DNA of 27,724 nucleotides from a virus (Duplodnaviria > Heunggongvirae > Uroviricota > Caudoviricetes): the IMG/VR virus record IMGVR_UViG_2617270952_000002, positions 1-27,724 of that record; one strand, written 5' to 3'. The notes under the pieces are model-generated. The model was given only the letters and a program-made list of their open reading frames with translations. It had not been told where the DNA came from and ran no database searches. Positions 8,277 through 17,919 of the stretch are shown piece by piece. A program made the translations under genes and the position numbers. How positions within the stretch are numbered: position 1 is the stretch's first letter; the number at the start of each line of letters is the position of its first letter.

Positions 8277-9128
8277 ATGATAAATTATGTCTACGGCGAA
8301 CAACTGTACCAGGAGTTCGTCAGCTTCAGGGATCTCTTTCTAAAAAAAGCTGTTGCACGCGCCCAACACGTTGATACAGCCAGCGACGGTCGTCCTGTAC
8401 GCCCGGTTGTCGTTCTACCGTTCAAAGAAACTGACAGCATTCAGGCTGAAATTGATAAATGGACTTTAATGGCGCGGGAACTGGAACAGTACCCAGACCT
8501 CAATATCCCAAAGACTATTTTATATCCAGTGCCTAACATCCTTCGCGGTGTGCGTAAGGTTACAACTTATCAGACAGAAGCTGTGAACAGCGTCAACATG
8601 ACCGCTGGCCGCATTATTCATCTGATTGATAAGGACATTCGCATCCAAAAAAGCGCGGGGATCAATGAGCACAGTGCGAAATACATAGAGAACCTGGAAG
8701 CAACAAAAGAGCTAATGAAGCAGTACCCGGAGGATGAAAAATTCCGTATGCGCGTACACGGCTTTAGCGAAACAATGCTGCGCGTCCACTACATTTCCAG
8801 TAGCCCTAACTACAATGATGGTAAATCAGTTAGTTACCATGTGCCACTGTGTGGCGTGTTTATCTGCGATGAAACTCTCCGTGATGGAATTATCATCAAC
8901 GGTGAATTCGAAAAAGCAAAATTTAGCCTTTATGACTCCATAGAACCGATCATCTGCGACCGCTGGCCGCAAGCAAAAATATATCGCCTGGCAGATATTG
9001 AAAATGTAAAAAAACAAATTGCCATCACTCGCGAAGAGAAAAAGGTTAAGTCAGCCGCATCAGTTACGCGCAGCCGTAAAACCAAGAAGGGGCAGCCAGT
9101 AAACGACAACCCCGAAAGCGCGCAATAA
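8277..9128 (+). CDS. c1: C1 repressor of lysogeny
   Basis: 283 aa MINYVYGEQLYQEFVSFRDLFLKKAVARAQHVD...; matches remembered P1 C1. Confidence 0.95.
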   Translation: MINYVYGEQLYQEFVSFRDLFLKKAVARAQHVDTASDGRPVRPVVVLPFKETDSIQAEIDKWTLMARELEQYPDLNIPKTILYPVPNILRGVRKVTTYQTEAVNSVNMTAGRIIHLIDKDIRIQKSAGINEHSAKYIENLEATKELMKQYPEDEKFRMRVHGFSETMLRVHYISSSPNYNDGKSVSYHVPLCGVFICDETLRDGIIINGEFEKAKFSLYDSIEPIICDRWPQAKIYRLADIENVKKQIAITREEKKVKSAASVTRSRKTKKGQPVNDNPESAQ

Positions 9129-9160
9129 ATTATGCCCGGCATCAACCGGGCATTCTTCCA

Positions 9161-10279
9161 TTATTCAGCCGCCACCGGTTTTAACAAGCCAGCATCGAGC
9201 AGTTTACGCGTCAACCACTGCTGGCCTTTACCCGTTAATTGAGGCGTCAACCGTATCTGGTAGCCATCTTCATCATCCAGCACCACTTCTTTCACCGTGA
9301 AATACCCCGCGTTGATGTACTGCTGGAACGGCACATTTTTACGTCCACCGGACGCTATCAGGATGCCGTTCTCCCGTAACCAGACAAACAGCGCGTTTTG
9401 TTTAAGTCCAACAACCTTTGCAAAATTCCCAATCAGGATCCCTTTAGCTACTGATACCCGGTCGGCAAAATCGACTTTAGGAGCGGCGGCCACCAGCTGC
9501 TGATTTAGCTGGTGGGCTTTCTGTTCCAGAAGTTGCTTTTGTTCAGCCAGTTCGGCAGCCAGGCGTAGGGCTTCAGGAAGCGTCTGGGGGATTGCGATCG
9601 GTTGCTGTTCTTTTTGTCGGAAGTAGCTGTCTTCCAGTTTTTCAAAGAATGCCCATGCCTGATCGGTTTCGAGCATTTTAGCGTGGCGGGCTGCGCCGCG
9701 TTCTGTCCAGAGGGGGAGTGAGCGAACATTGCGAGCAATTTTTACAGAGTAGTTTAAAGCTACTCTGTGCTTCAACTCGCGCAATGATTCTCCTTCAACT
9801 TTGAAAAAGTGCTTCCCTTCAACAAAGCGTACTTTGTTCTCATGATGATTTTGGCGAATACGGATTGTTTCTGTCCCATACCCTCTAGCAAGAGTCTCGG
9901 TTGTCACTACACGCACTCCCTGCCATTCCAGAACGGGAATTTCATCAGACTGATTCTGAACAACCACCAGCTCCGATTCTTGAACTGAAGGTGCATGAAT
10001 TTTTTCTGATTTAACGTTAGTTGCTTTCATTCTGTGTGCCTCCTTGCGTGCTTCGGCTGCGGCGGTTGCGTAATTCAGATGACCCTGTTCGAGCAGGTAT
10101 TCGCGGATATCAGACAACAGGATACGGTGAACCGCGTTCTTGTCCTTTCTCCGGTAAAGTTGTTTGGTGATCATGAAGTAGTTGGCAATAACGCCTGGTA
10201 TATCCCTGGTACTGATACAGGCAGTGTGCTGTTCAATTGCCTCGATCATCTCTTCACGGGTGACTAATGACGTTCTCAT
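9161..10279 (-). CDS. phage antirepressor-like protein (ORF6N-like central domain, KilA-C/ANT-like C-terminal domain)
   Basis: C-terminal ...VSVAKGILIGNFAKVVGLKQNALFVWLRENGILIASGGRKNVPFQQYINAGYFTVKE... resembles ANT C-terminal domain; central FVEGKHFFKVEGESL...LWTERGAARHAKMLETDQAWAFFEKL resembles ORF6N. Confidence 0.7.
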   Translation of the reverse strand: MRTSLVTREEMIEAIEQHTACISTRDIPGVIANYFMITKQLYRRKDKNAVHRILLSDIREYLLEQGHLNYATAAAEARKEAHRMKATNVKSEKIHAPSVQESELVVVQNQSDEIPVLEWQGVRVVTTETLARGYGTETIRIRQNHHENKVRFVEGKHFFKVEGESLRELKHRVALNYSVKIARNVRSLPLWTERGAARHAKMLETDQAWAFFEKLEDSYFRQKEQQPIAIPQTLPEALRLAAELAEQKQLLEQKAHQLNQQLVAAAPKVDFADRVSVAKGILIGNFAKVVGLKQNALFVWLRENGILIASGGRKNVPFQQYINAGYFTVKEVVLDDEDGYQIRLTPQLTGKGQQWLTRKLLDAGLLKPVAAE

Positions 10280-10497
10280 AGTCCCTCCTGAGCAGAAGCG
10301 TTAACAGGGAGGCACCAGTAACTGAGAGAATTGCGTGAATCAGTGGAAAAACGGGCAGAGAAAATACATGGGGCGTCAGGAAGCTGAGAGCGGGCCTCAT
10401 CTTCTGTCGGTGCAATAACGAAGTGATAGTGACGTTTTTGGCAGGAGTAAAAGCGCCAGATAAATTCAGGATGAGTTGGGATAGGGATAGTAGCCAT
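10276..10497 (-). CDS. hypothetical 73-aa protein immediately upstream of and overlapping the antirepressor start (Icd-like position)
   Basis: ATG at 10497 preceded by AAGGAGG; stop overlaps the antirepressor ATG (ATGA). Confidence 0.45.
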   Translation of the reverse strand: MATIPIPTHPEFIWRFYSCQKRHYHFVIAPTEDEARSQLPDAPCIFSARFSTDSRNSLSYWCLPVNASAQEGL

Positions 10498-10557
10498 ATT
10501 GGCAGCCTCCTTAGACGTTGGTATGTAACCACCGCAGAAGAGACCAATCTTGCTGGC

Positions 10558-10633
10558 GGTGGACTGTACGGAGTTGGCCTTACTGGCGTCCAAGGTAACC
10601 AGCCTACCCGAAGGTAGCCCCATACAGCCCACC
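10558..10633 (-). ncRNA. candidate structured regulatory RNA (c4-like antisense RNA position)
   Basis: 14-bp RNA duplex possible between 10620..10633 and 10558..10571 that includes two G-U wobbles (pairs only as minus-strand RNA), enclosing a CUACC-UUCG-GGUAG tetraloop hairpin at 10604..10617. Confidence 0.3.
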
Positions 10634-10661
10634 ATTGTAGAGGTGTGCGTGTACGCCGATA

Positions 10662-10686
10662 CAAAAAAAAGACGCGAGCGGCGTCT
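10662..10686 (-). terminator. rho-independent terminator downstream of pacB
   Basis: Hairpin gacgc-gagcg-gcgtc at 10671..10685 followed on the minus strand by a run of 8 T. Confidence 0.6.
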
Positions 10687-10816
10687 GTATCGCCTTAGAC
10701 TTAAGCGGGAGGCCAATCCCGGCACCCGTTTTAATGAGGTGCCTGATAAGCATAAACCGAAAATGCCTCAAGGCGCAAGAGGTCAGGCTCAATGTAACAT
10801 CGGTAGTTAAAAAACA

Positions 10817-10833
10817 CAATTTATTAGAGCAAA
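10817..10833 (-). promoter_or_regulatory. C1 operator
   Basis: caatttattagagcaaa; 15/17 to rc consensus. Confidence 0.6.
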
Positions 10834-10836
10834 TAT

Positions 10837-12321
10837 TCATTCATTAAGCCATGCCAGAGCTTCATCAACCTGCGCTTCGTCTTCGACGCTAAGCACTTCA
10901 TCCTGGGGAACATAATCCGCCAGCATAGCGAAACAATATGTATCCCAATGGTCTGGTGAGTGCAGGTTGAGTTTTTTCTTCATATCCTCCTTACTCATCA
11001 CCTTCCATTGACCTGCGGAGTTAATCCCTACAGGGATTTTCGACGCTTCCTCAATAGTTTCATTACCCTTATCCAGTCTCATACGACCAGATTTTACGGC
11101 CTCTGCGGCTTGAACGTTGGCATAAGCACGTTTATCAAAGTACAGGCTCTTATCTTCACGGCTATGCATCTTTTTACCCCAGCGTATACGCTGTACGGTA
11201 ATACCATAATACTCGTACATCAGATCCGCCGTTGCTTTACCCAGGCCATCGCCGTCTATCGCTATGGTGATATTTGGGAATCGCTCAGGATTACATTCTG
11301 CGAAAATTTTGGCGGCAAGCTGCGTTTCTGTAACGTCTGTGTATTCCAGCATTCGATAGTTGATTACACGGCGTTTATTTCGCTGGCCGGACACCATCAT
11401 GATATTGATAACGGACTTATCCCGTCCCGTACCACCAGCAACGTCCACACATGCAAGCCAGCCCCATCCTTTGGCAATCTTGACTTTCCGCCGCGTTGCA
11501 CGTTCAACCTCATCACGTCCAAGAAGGAAGCCATCCTGTGATTTAGGGAATAGGCCGCGTACCTTAATCATGTACATAGGGTTATCACGCCCGCCGTACT
11601 CCGCCAGCTTCATTTTGATAAATGCTGGCGTTACCAACGGTGATTCCTCACTGTTAAGCGTGATCGCCGTATAAACGCCATCAGGGTTACCAGGACGCTT
11701 GGCCAGTTTATGGTGTGTATCGTAGAAATAGCCGCTTGGGCGTGTAGGCTGTGACAGCAATAAGATGCGGTTATCCTGTCCGGTAAGAGCACCGGTGATG
11801 ATACCGAAAGCTCTATCACTGACACCGGAGGCTTCATCGATAATATACAGAAGATGATCTGCGTGTTCACCGGCGAGAGCTTCTTCACTTCCCAGACGAA
11901 AGCCCTTCGGTACTACAGTCCATACACCTTTACCAGTAACCTCATAGAAAGCGGTTTCTGTCAGAACAAAATAATCAGCAAGCCATGGAAAACGGCTGGT
12001 GGCAGTAGCCCAGTTTATCTTGATGTACTTGAATATACCGGTCATTACCTGCTGAATTTTGTTCGCAACGATAATGGCGCGGGCACCGGGATACATGATT
12101 ATGAACAACATGATCATGATAGAAGTCATGTCTGATTTCCCGGTACCGTGACCAGACGAAACAGATGTCTTGCTACCCTGTTCCTGCACAGACTCAATAA
12201 TCAGATCCTGCTGCCAGGTAGGTGTTTTGCCGAACAAAACATCAGCGGCAGCAATCCAGTCATAACGATATAGCGCCACCAGCTCGCGCCAACGTGGATC
12301 CGTTACGCAACTTCTGGCCAT
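10837..12321 (-). CDS. pacB: terminase large subunit (PacB-like)
   Basis: 494 aa; Walker [10 protein letters not shown], Walker [12 protein letters not shown]; same length as remembered P1 PacB. Confidence 0.8.
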   Translation of the reverse strand: MARSCVTDPRWRELVALYRYDWIAAADVLFGKTPTWQQDLIIESVQEQGSKTSVSSGHGTGKSDMTSIMIMLFIIMYPGARAIIVANKIQQVMTGIFKYIKINWATATSRFPWLADYFVLTETAFYEVTGKGVWTVVPKGFRLGSEEALAGEHADHLLYIIDEASGVSDRAFGIITGALTGQDNRILLLSQPTRPSGYFYDTHHKLAKRPGNPDGVYTAITLNSEESPLVTPAFIKMKLAEYGGRDNPMYMIKVRGLFPKSQDGFLLGRDEVERATRRKVKIAKGWGWLACVDVAGGTGRDKSVINIMMVSGQRNKRRVINYRMLEYTDVTETQLAAKIFAECNPERFPNITIAIDGDGLGKATADLMYEYYGITVQRIRWGKKMHSREDKSLYFDKRAYANVQAAEAVKSGRMRLDKGNETIEEASKIPVGINSAGQWKVMSKEDMKKKLNLHSPDHWDTYCFAMLADYVPQDEVLSVEDEAQVDEALAWLNE

Positions 12322-12903
12322 TAATCATCATCCCCGTATAGCTTGCGGGTAACTTCTTCGTCTTCCTCCTCGTCTTCGTCCAGGTCTTGTTCCAGCCATG
12401 GGTCGTTTGATACACCTTCAGTATCAACATCTCCATAACCGCCTGTATCAACGATATCGGCGATTTCTTCCCTACGCTGCTCAATCCACAATGCGGCATC
12501 GGCGCGGCGGTTGGCGGCCCGTTCTCGCGCAACTTTGTCCAGATCTTCAAGAGAAGGGCCACCGACGGCTGTTTGCCTTTCCTCATCATCGGTATTGGTC
12601 TTAGGAGCACGCAGATCGGCTTTGATTTGCTCCAGCATCAGGGGCGGCACTTTTCCGCCATGCGCCTCGATGAATTCAGCTGCTTCCAGCACTGACCAGT
12701 TATTTTCACGCTTTCGTTCGTAAGCGCAGATAAACATCGCGCTTATCGACATCCAGATGCGGGTATTCCTTTTCAAGAATTGCTGCGAGTTCTTTCGCTG
12801 ATAGAAGAGATTTAGTGCGGATCATGTAATCCGCAATCTCGTACGATGTTATTCGTGAGTGATTTATTTCCATGAAGTGGCGTCCCTGCCAGTTAAGTAA
12901 CAT
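12321..12903 (-). CDS. putative terminase small subunit / DNA-binding protein region, split over two frames (12706..12903 and 12321..12776)
   Basis: Two overlapping ORFs related by a +1 shift; acidic C-terminal tail DEDEEEDEE abutting pacB start; C1 operator upstream. Confidence 0.4.
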
Positions 12904-12973
12904 CCTGTCACCTACTGATTAGCCCATGTCAACTAATCAACGTGAAATATAATACCCTCGATTAAAGAAATGG

Positions 12974-12990
12974 CAATACATTAGAGCAAT
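12974..12990 (-). promoter_or_regulatory. C1 operator
   Basis: caatacattagagcaat; 14/17. Confidence 0.5.
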
Positions 12991-12991
12991 T

Positions 12992-14035
12992 TTATCTAAC
13001 GCTCGACGAGTGACTTGTGATAGCGCCGACTCCAAGCGCGTAATCAAAGAACAATCGTTGATGCATCGCCAGCCTACCGTGCGTCTTCTCCCAATTATCG
13101 CGGTCACGCTCAATATCACGCTGGCATGACTGGCACAGAGGAATTGCGTAAATGTCATGCGCGTATAATCGACTATGACGAACGATATAAGGCGTAATGT
13201 GAGCGCCAGCTCCCGCCGCTCCACACCCACAGCATGGACGGGAAGCAACAAAGTCCATGTACTCAGGTAATTTTAGCGATTGCAGTTTTGGTATTTTGAA
13301 ATGCGCCATGCCAGGGTCGGAGTCAACATCCACAGGGCATACTTTTGCACGCATCGGCGCGGCGCGTTCTTCCATCATCTGAACATATGCTGTAGCGCGA
13401 TCGTCATACGGGCGAATATCCGCCTCTTTCAGAGGTCCGCTATCCTGCGTTGCGGCTTTCATCTTATTTATTGATATACGGCAAACTTCTTCCGGCATCA
13501 GGTGCATCATGTTGCGCATGAAAGCCCACCAGCACAGTTCCTGAATACTTAAATCATGGCCATCTGAAAGCCCCATTTCCTGACGGGCGACATCCAGTAT
13601 CCAGTTAACGCGATTATTATGCAGCGTTTCTTTCAGCTCATTAAAACCACGCATCCGGTAATGGTTATCGTGATGCCAGCACAACAACACCGCGCTATTG
13701 TCTCGTTCTGCGTGGACAATATGGTTGTCACACCAGCTACGATCTGCGGCCTGGCATTGCCCCTCTTTCCTGCGCAACCACGCCACCAGCGCGTCAATTC
13801 CACCAATACTGCGAAACAGTTCATCGCTGTTAAAAAACGGCTGCAACGCCTCATTTGTTGCCATAGTTTGCTCGGAAACAACGAGGCCGTCGTCCATGTG
13901 CTCGATTAACTCACGCGGCACCGGCTCCATAATAAATTTACGGCCAGCCTCCACCAGCTTTCTGACTTCCTGATCCACTTTGAATGTGGCGACGCCAAGC
14001 TCTTTTTGTACAAAGGGAGTAATTACGGCTTTCAC
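12992..14035 (-). CDS. hypothetical 347-aa protein with Cys/His-rich (Ref-like, HNH-like) motifs; GTG start
   Basis: Motifs [24 protein letters not shown] and [40 protein letters not shown]; the second resembles the Ref motif arrangement. Confidence 0.5.
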   Translation of the reverse strand: MKAVITPFVQKELGVATFKVDQEVRKLVEAGRKFIMEPVPRELIEHMDDGLVVSEQTMATNEALQPFFNSDELFRSIGGIDALVAWLRRKEGQCQAADRSWCDNHIVHAERDNSAVLLCWHHDNHYRMRGFNELKETLHNNRVNWILDVARQEMGLSDGHDLSIQELCWWAFMRNMMHLMPEEVCRISINKMKAATQDSGPLKEADIRPYDDRATAYVQMMEERAAPMRAKVCPVDVDSDPGMAHFKIPKLQSLKLPEYMDFVASRPCCGCGAAGAGAHITPYIVRHSRLYAHDIYAIPLCQSCQRDIERDRDNWEKTHGRLAMHQRLFFDYALGVGAITSHSSSVR

Positions 14036-14062
14036 ATCACACCTTTCATCACTGATTGGGCT

Positions 14063-14242
14063 TTATCTGCTGCCCGGCATTCTCTGTTTAAGCACAACCA
14101 TTTCCTGACGGCATAACACAGCAATAGCGGTCCTGGCTCCAATTTGCTTACCAACCAGGTATTGCTTTACCTCGCGGCGACTCACGCCATCAAGAAGCAT
14201 CTTTAACGCTTCACGGGACAATTTGTTGTATTTGCGTGCCAT
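14063..14242 (-). CDS. hypothetical small HTH-like protein (59 aa)
   Basis: ATG at 14242 with GGAG 7 nt upstream; MARKYNKLSREALKMLLDGVSRREVKQYLVGKQIGARTAIAVL... Confidence 0.4.
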   Translation of the reverse strand: MARKYNKLSREALKMLLDGVSRREVKQYLVGKQIGARTAIAVLCRQEMVVLKQRMPGSR

Positions 14243-14246
14243 TAAT

Positions 14247-14627
14247 CTACTCCGCAGAACCATACAATCTACGTAACGTGTCGGCGACAGAAGATACAGA
14301 TATCTCGCCAGTCGCAGCGCCTACAGTAAGGTCTGCCAGTTCAGGTGAATCAAATACCTGCACCCCGTTACGGCGTAGAAATAGCAGCGCGCTGTTTAGC
14401 GCGGTACGCTTATTGGCATCATTGAATATATGCCCTCTCGCTGTAGCCACCAGGTAGGTGGCGGAGACTTCGAAAAGGTCGGTGATCTCTTCGTAGGCAA
14501 CTCTGGCCTGAACTCTCCCGATAATGGCCTCTGCCCTACCCGGATCTGACATTCCCGGCAAGCCGCCGTAGCGGTTTATATTCGCATCATGAAGCGCAAT
14601 AAGTTCTTCCGGTGATATATGCCTCAT
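14247..14627 (-). CDS. doc: Doc toxin (Fic-fold kinase)
   Basis: 126 aa; Fic motif [10 protein letters not shown]; overlaps phd stop. Confidence 0.95.
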   Translation of the reverse strand: MRHISPEELIALHDANINRYGGLPGMSDPGRAEAIIGRVQARVAYEEITDLFEVSATYLVATARGHIFNDANKRTALNSALLFLRRNGVQVFDSPELADLTVGAATGEISVSSVADTLRRLYGSAE

Positions 14628-14848
14628 TATCGGTTAACCAGTTCCTTGTTGGTGGAGTCCAGGGTGTCAAACAGGGATGCAAATTCAGCATCCAGCGCCG
14701 CTTTTTTGTAGGCTTCGAAAGTAGCCTTGCTGACAATTACTGCTGGCTCACGGCCTCTGCGGGTGATTTCAACCTCTTCCCCGGCCTCAACATTGTTGAG
14801 CACTTCAGAAAGGTTGCCGCGCGCGGTACGGAAGTTAATGGATTGCAT
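14627..14848 (-). CDS. phd: Phd antitoxin
   Basis: 73 aa [49 protein letters not shown]... Confidence 0.95.
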   Translation of the reverse strand: MQSINFRTARGNLSEVLNNVEAGEEVEITRRGREPAVIVSKATFEAYKKAALDAEFASLFDTLDSTNKELVNR

Positions 14849-14852
14849 AAAT

Positions 14853-14890
14853 ACCTCATGTACTCGTTATGTGTACACAATTATAAACTT
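14853..14890 (-). promoter_or_regulatory. phd-doc promoter with palindromic Phd-binding sites
   Basis: TATAAT (rc of 14880..14885) adjacent to palindrome GTGTACAC at 14871..14878, about 20 nt upstream of phd ATG. Confidence 0.6.
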
Positions 14891-15024
14891 CACAGGCATA
14901 AAGCACCAGCACTTTGCGGCTTAACAAACCTCTAGGCAGGTCATTCGTAGCCTAATGTCCGAACTGCTAAAGCATCCAAGTTGCTGTAGAATCACATCCA
15001 ATTACATAAGCCTGAAATAAGTGG

Positions 15025-16587
15025 ATGAAAATGACAAGTATTCAACAACGTGCAGAGCTTCATCGTCAAATCTGGCAAATTGCTAACGATGTCAGGGGTT
15101 CGGTCGATGGATGGGATTTTAAGCAATACGTTCTGGGCGCACTTTTCTACCGTTTTATCAGCGAAAATTTTTCCAGTTATATTGAAGCCGGTGATGACAG
15201 TATCTGTTATGCGAAACTGGATGACAGCGTAATTACTGATGACATTAAAGACGATGCCATCAAAACTAAAGGCTACTTCATCTACCCCAGTCAGCTTTTC
15301 TGCAACGTAGCTGCGAAAGCAAATACTAATGACAGACTGAATGCAGATTTAAACAGCATCTTCGTTGCTATCGAAAGTTCTGCTTACGGTTATCCTTCAG
15401 AAGCTGACATCAAAGGTTTGTTTGCTGATTTCGATACTACCAGTAACCGCCTGGGTAACACCGTTAAAGATAAAAATGCCCGCCTGGCTGCGGTTCTGAA
15501 AGGGGTTGAAGGGTTAAAACTTGGTGACTTCAACGAACATCAGATTGACCTGTTCGGTGACGCCTATGAGTTCCTGATTTCTAACTATGCGGCGAATGCC
15601 GGTAAGTCAGGCGGCGAGTTCTTTACACCGCAACACGTCTCTAAGCTGATTGCACAACTGGCTATGCACGGGCAGACCCACGTTAACAAAATCTACGACC
15701 CGGCAGCAGGATCCGGTTCGCTGTTGTTGCAGGCTAAAAAACAGTTTGATGACCATATCATCGAAGAAGGCTTTTTTGGTCAGGAAATCAACCATACAAC
15801 CTATAACCTGGCACGTATGAACATGTTTTTGCACAACATCAACTACGACAAGTTTGATATCAAGCTGGGTAATACACTGACTGAGCCACACTTCAGAGAT
15901 GAAAAACCGTTTGATGCCATCGTTTCTAACCCGCCGTATTCGGTGAAATGGATTGGCAGCGATGACCCGACGCTGATTAACGATGAACGTTTTGCCCCGG
16001 CTGGCGTTCTGGCCCCCAAATCCAAAGCTGACTTTGCGTTTGTATTACATGCGCTGAACTATCTTTCTGCCAAAGGTCGTGCTGCGATTGTTTGCTTCCC
16101 GGGTATTTTTTACCGTGGCGGCGCGGAGCAGAAAATCCGTCAGTATCTGATTGACAATAACTATGTCGAAACCGTAATTTCACTGGCACCGAACCTGTTC
16201 TTTGGCACCACCATTGCAGTAAACATTCTGGTTCTGTCCAAACATAAAACGGATACCAACGTTCAGTTTATTGACGCCAGCGAACTGTTCAAAAAAGAGA
16301 CTAACAACAATATCCTGACCGATGCCCATATCGAACAGATTATGCAGGTATTTGCCAGCAAGGAAGATGTTGCTCATCTGGCGAAATCTGTCGCGTTTGA
16401 GACCGTTGTTGCTAATGACTATAACCTGTCGGTGAGCAGCTATGTGGAAGCGAAAGATAACCGCGAAATTATCGATATTGCTGAGCTGAATGCTGAGCTG
16501 AAAACCACGGTCAGCAAAATCGACCAGTTGCGCAAAGATATTGATGCGATTGTGGCTGAAATTGAAGGCTGCGAGGTGCAGAAATGA
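15025..16587 (+). CDS. hsdM: type I restriction-modification system methyltransferase subunit HsdM
   Basis: 520 aa; AdoMet motif DPAAGSGS and catalytic NPPY. Confidence 0.95.
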   Translation: MKMTSIQQRAELHRQIWQIANDVRGSVDGWDFKQYVLGALFYRFISENFSSYIEAGDDSICYAKLDDSVITDDIKDDAIKTKGYFIYPSQLFCNVAAKANTNDRLNADLNSIFVAIESSAYGYPSEADIKGLFADFDTTSNRLGNTVKDKNARLAAVLKGVEGLKLGDFNEHQIDLFGDAYEFLISNYAANAGKSGGEFFTPQHVSKLIAQLAMHGQTHVNKIYDPAAGSGSLLLQAKKQFDDHIIEEGFFGQEINHTTYNLARMNMFLHNINYDKFDIKLGNTLTEPHFRDEKPFDAIVSNPPYSVKWIGSDDPTLINDERFAPAGVLAPKSKADFAFVLHALNYLSAKGRAAIVCFPGIFYRGGAEQKIRQYLIDNNYVETVISLAPNLFFGTTIAVNILVLSKHKTDTNVQFIDASELFKKETNNNILTDAHIEQIMQVFASKEDVAHLAKSVAFETVVANDYNLSVSSYVEAKDNREIIDIAELNAELKTTVSKIDQLRKDIDAIVAEIEGCEVQK

Positions 16588-17798
16588 GCGAGATGAGTTA
16601 TCTGGAAAAATTGCTGGATGGGGTTGAAGTTGAGTGGTTGCCATTGGGGGAAATAACCAAATATGAACAGCCAACAAAGTATTTGGTAAAAGCAAAAGAT
16701 TATCACGACACATATACCATACCGGTTCTTACTGCCGGAAAAACATTTATTCTTGGATACACAAATGAGACTCATGGTATTTATCAGGCATCAAAGGCAC
16801 CTGTAATAATTTTTGATGATTTCACCACCGCTAATAAATGGGTGGATTTTGACTTTAAGGCAAAATCATCGGCCATGAAAATGGTTACATCATGTGATGA
16901 TAATAAAACCTTACTGAAATATGTTTACTATTGGCTCAATACATTACCAAGTGAATTCGCAGAGGGAGACCATAAACGCCAATGGATTAGTAATTATTCT
17001 CAAAAAAAAATCCCAATCCCCTGCCCGGATAATCCGGAAAAATCCCTTGCCATCCAGTCTGAAATCGTTCGGATTCTGGATAAATTTACTGCACTTACCG
17101 CTGAGCTTACCGCTGAGCTTAACATGCGTAAAAAACAGTACAACTACTATCGCGACCAGTTGTTGAGTTTTAAAGAGGGTGAGGTTGAGTGGAAGACTTT
17201 GGGAGAGATCGGAAAATGGTATGGGGGAGGGACACCATCAAAAAATAAAATTGAATTTTGGGAAAATGGAAGCATTCCATGGATTTCCCCGAAAGATATG
17301 GGCCGAACACTTGTAGACTCTTCGGAAGACTATATAACTGAGGAGGCTGTTCTACAATCGTCAACAAAACTGATTCCAGCAAACTCGATTGCAATCGTTG
17401 TTCGCTCAAGCATATTGGATAAAGTATTACCAAGTGCATTAATAAAAGTACCTGCTACGCTCAATCAAGATATGAAAGCAGTCATTCCTCATGAAAACAT
17501 CTTGGTTAAATATATTTATCATATGATTGGGTCTAGGGGGAGTGATATTCTGCGAGCAGCGAAAAAGACAGGAGGGTCCGTAGCTTCTATTGACAGTAAA
17601 AAATTATTTTCATTTAAAATTCCGGTTCCTAACATCAATGAACAACAACGAATTGTCGAAATACTCGACAAATTCGACACACTGACTAACTCCATCACCG
17701 AAGGTCTTCCGCGTGAAATCGAGTTGCGCCAGAAACAATACGAGTACTATCGTGATTTACTGTTCAGTTTCCCGAAACCTGAAACTGTCAGTAATTAA
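16584..17798 (+). CDS. hsdS: type I R-M specificity subunit HsdS (type IC-like, TAEL repeat in central conserved region)
   Basis: 404 aa; two target-recognition domains separated by ...[23 protein letters not shown]...; overlaps hsdM stop. Confidence 0.9.
   Translation: MSEMSYLEKLLDGVEVEWLPLGEITKYEQPTKYLVKAKDYHDTYTIPVLTAGKTFILGYTNETHGIYQASKAPVIIFDDFTTANKWVDFDFKAKSSAMKMVTSCDDNKTLLKYVYYWLNTLPSEFAEGDHKRQWISNYSQKKIPIPCPDNPEKSLAIQSEIVRILDKFTALTAELTAELNMRKKQYNYYRDQLLSFKEGEVEWKTLGEIGKWYGGGTPSKNKIEFWENGSIPWISPKDMGRTLVDSSEDYITEEAVLQSSTKLIPANSIAIVVRSSILDKVLPSALIKVPATLNQDMKAVIPHENILVKYIYHMIGSRGSDILRAAKKTGGSVASIDSKKLFSFKIPVPNINEQQRIVEILDKFDTLTNSITEGLPREIELRQKQYEYYRDLLFSFPKPETVSN
17094..17117 (+). repeat. 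2x tandem 12-bp repeat (cttaccgctgag) encoding TAEL-TAEL in hsdS
   Basis: Direct tandem duplication read in sequence. Confidence 0.85.
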
Positions 17799-17919
17799 TT
17801 GATCATTGCTACCGATCGGACCACCTTAACACCCGGTCAGTATATAGACTATTTTTTACGCGCCGGAAGTCACCATTACCCCCCTTCCGGCCCTTGCCAG
17901 ACGGCACAAAGGATGCGCT

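Noticed and set aside
10540-10640. tRNA gene (because of stems and a CCA-containing segment)
   Set aside because: No T-loop GTTCRANNC or canonical cloverleaf dimensions recognisable; kept only as a candidate regulatory RNA
10254-10725. 136- and 149-aa minus-strand ORFs rich in Pro/Arg/Ser
   Set aside because: They run through the structured leader and terminator region and have low-complexity composition; only the 3' 73-codon segment with a strong SD (10276..10497) was retained
15607-16775. Several 60-180 aa minus-strand ORFs inside hsdM/hsdS
   Set aside because: Antisense to intact genes with clear catalytic motifs; no start signals; shadow ORFs
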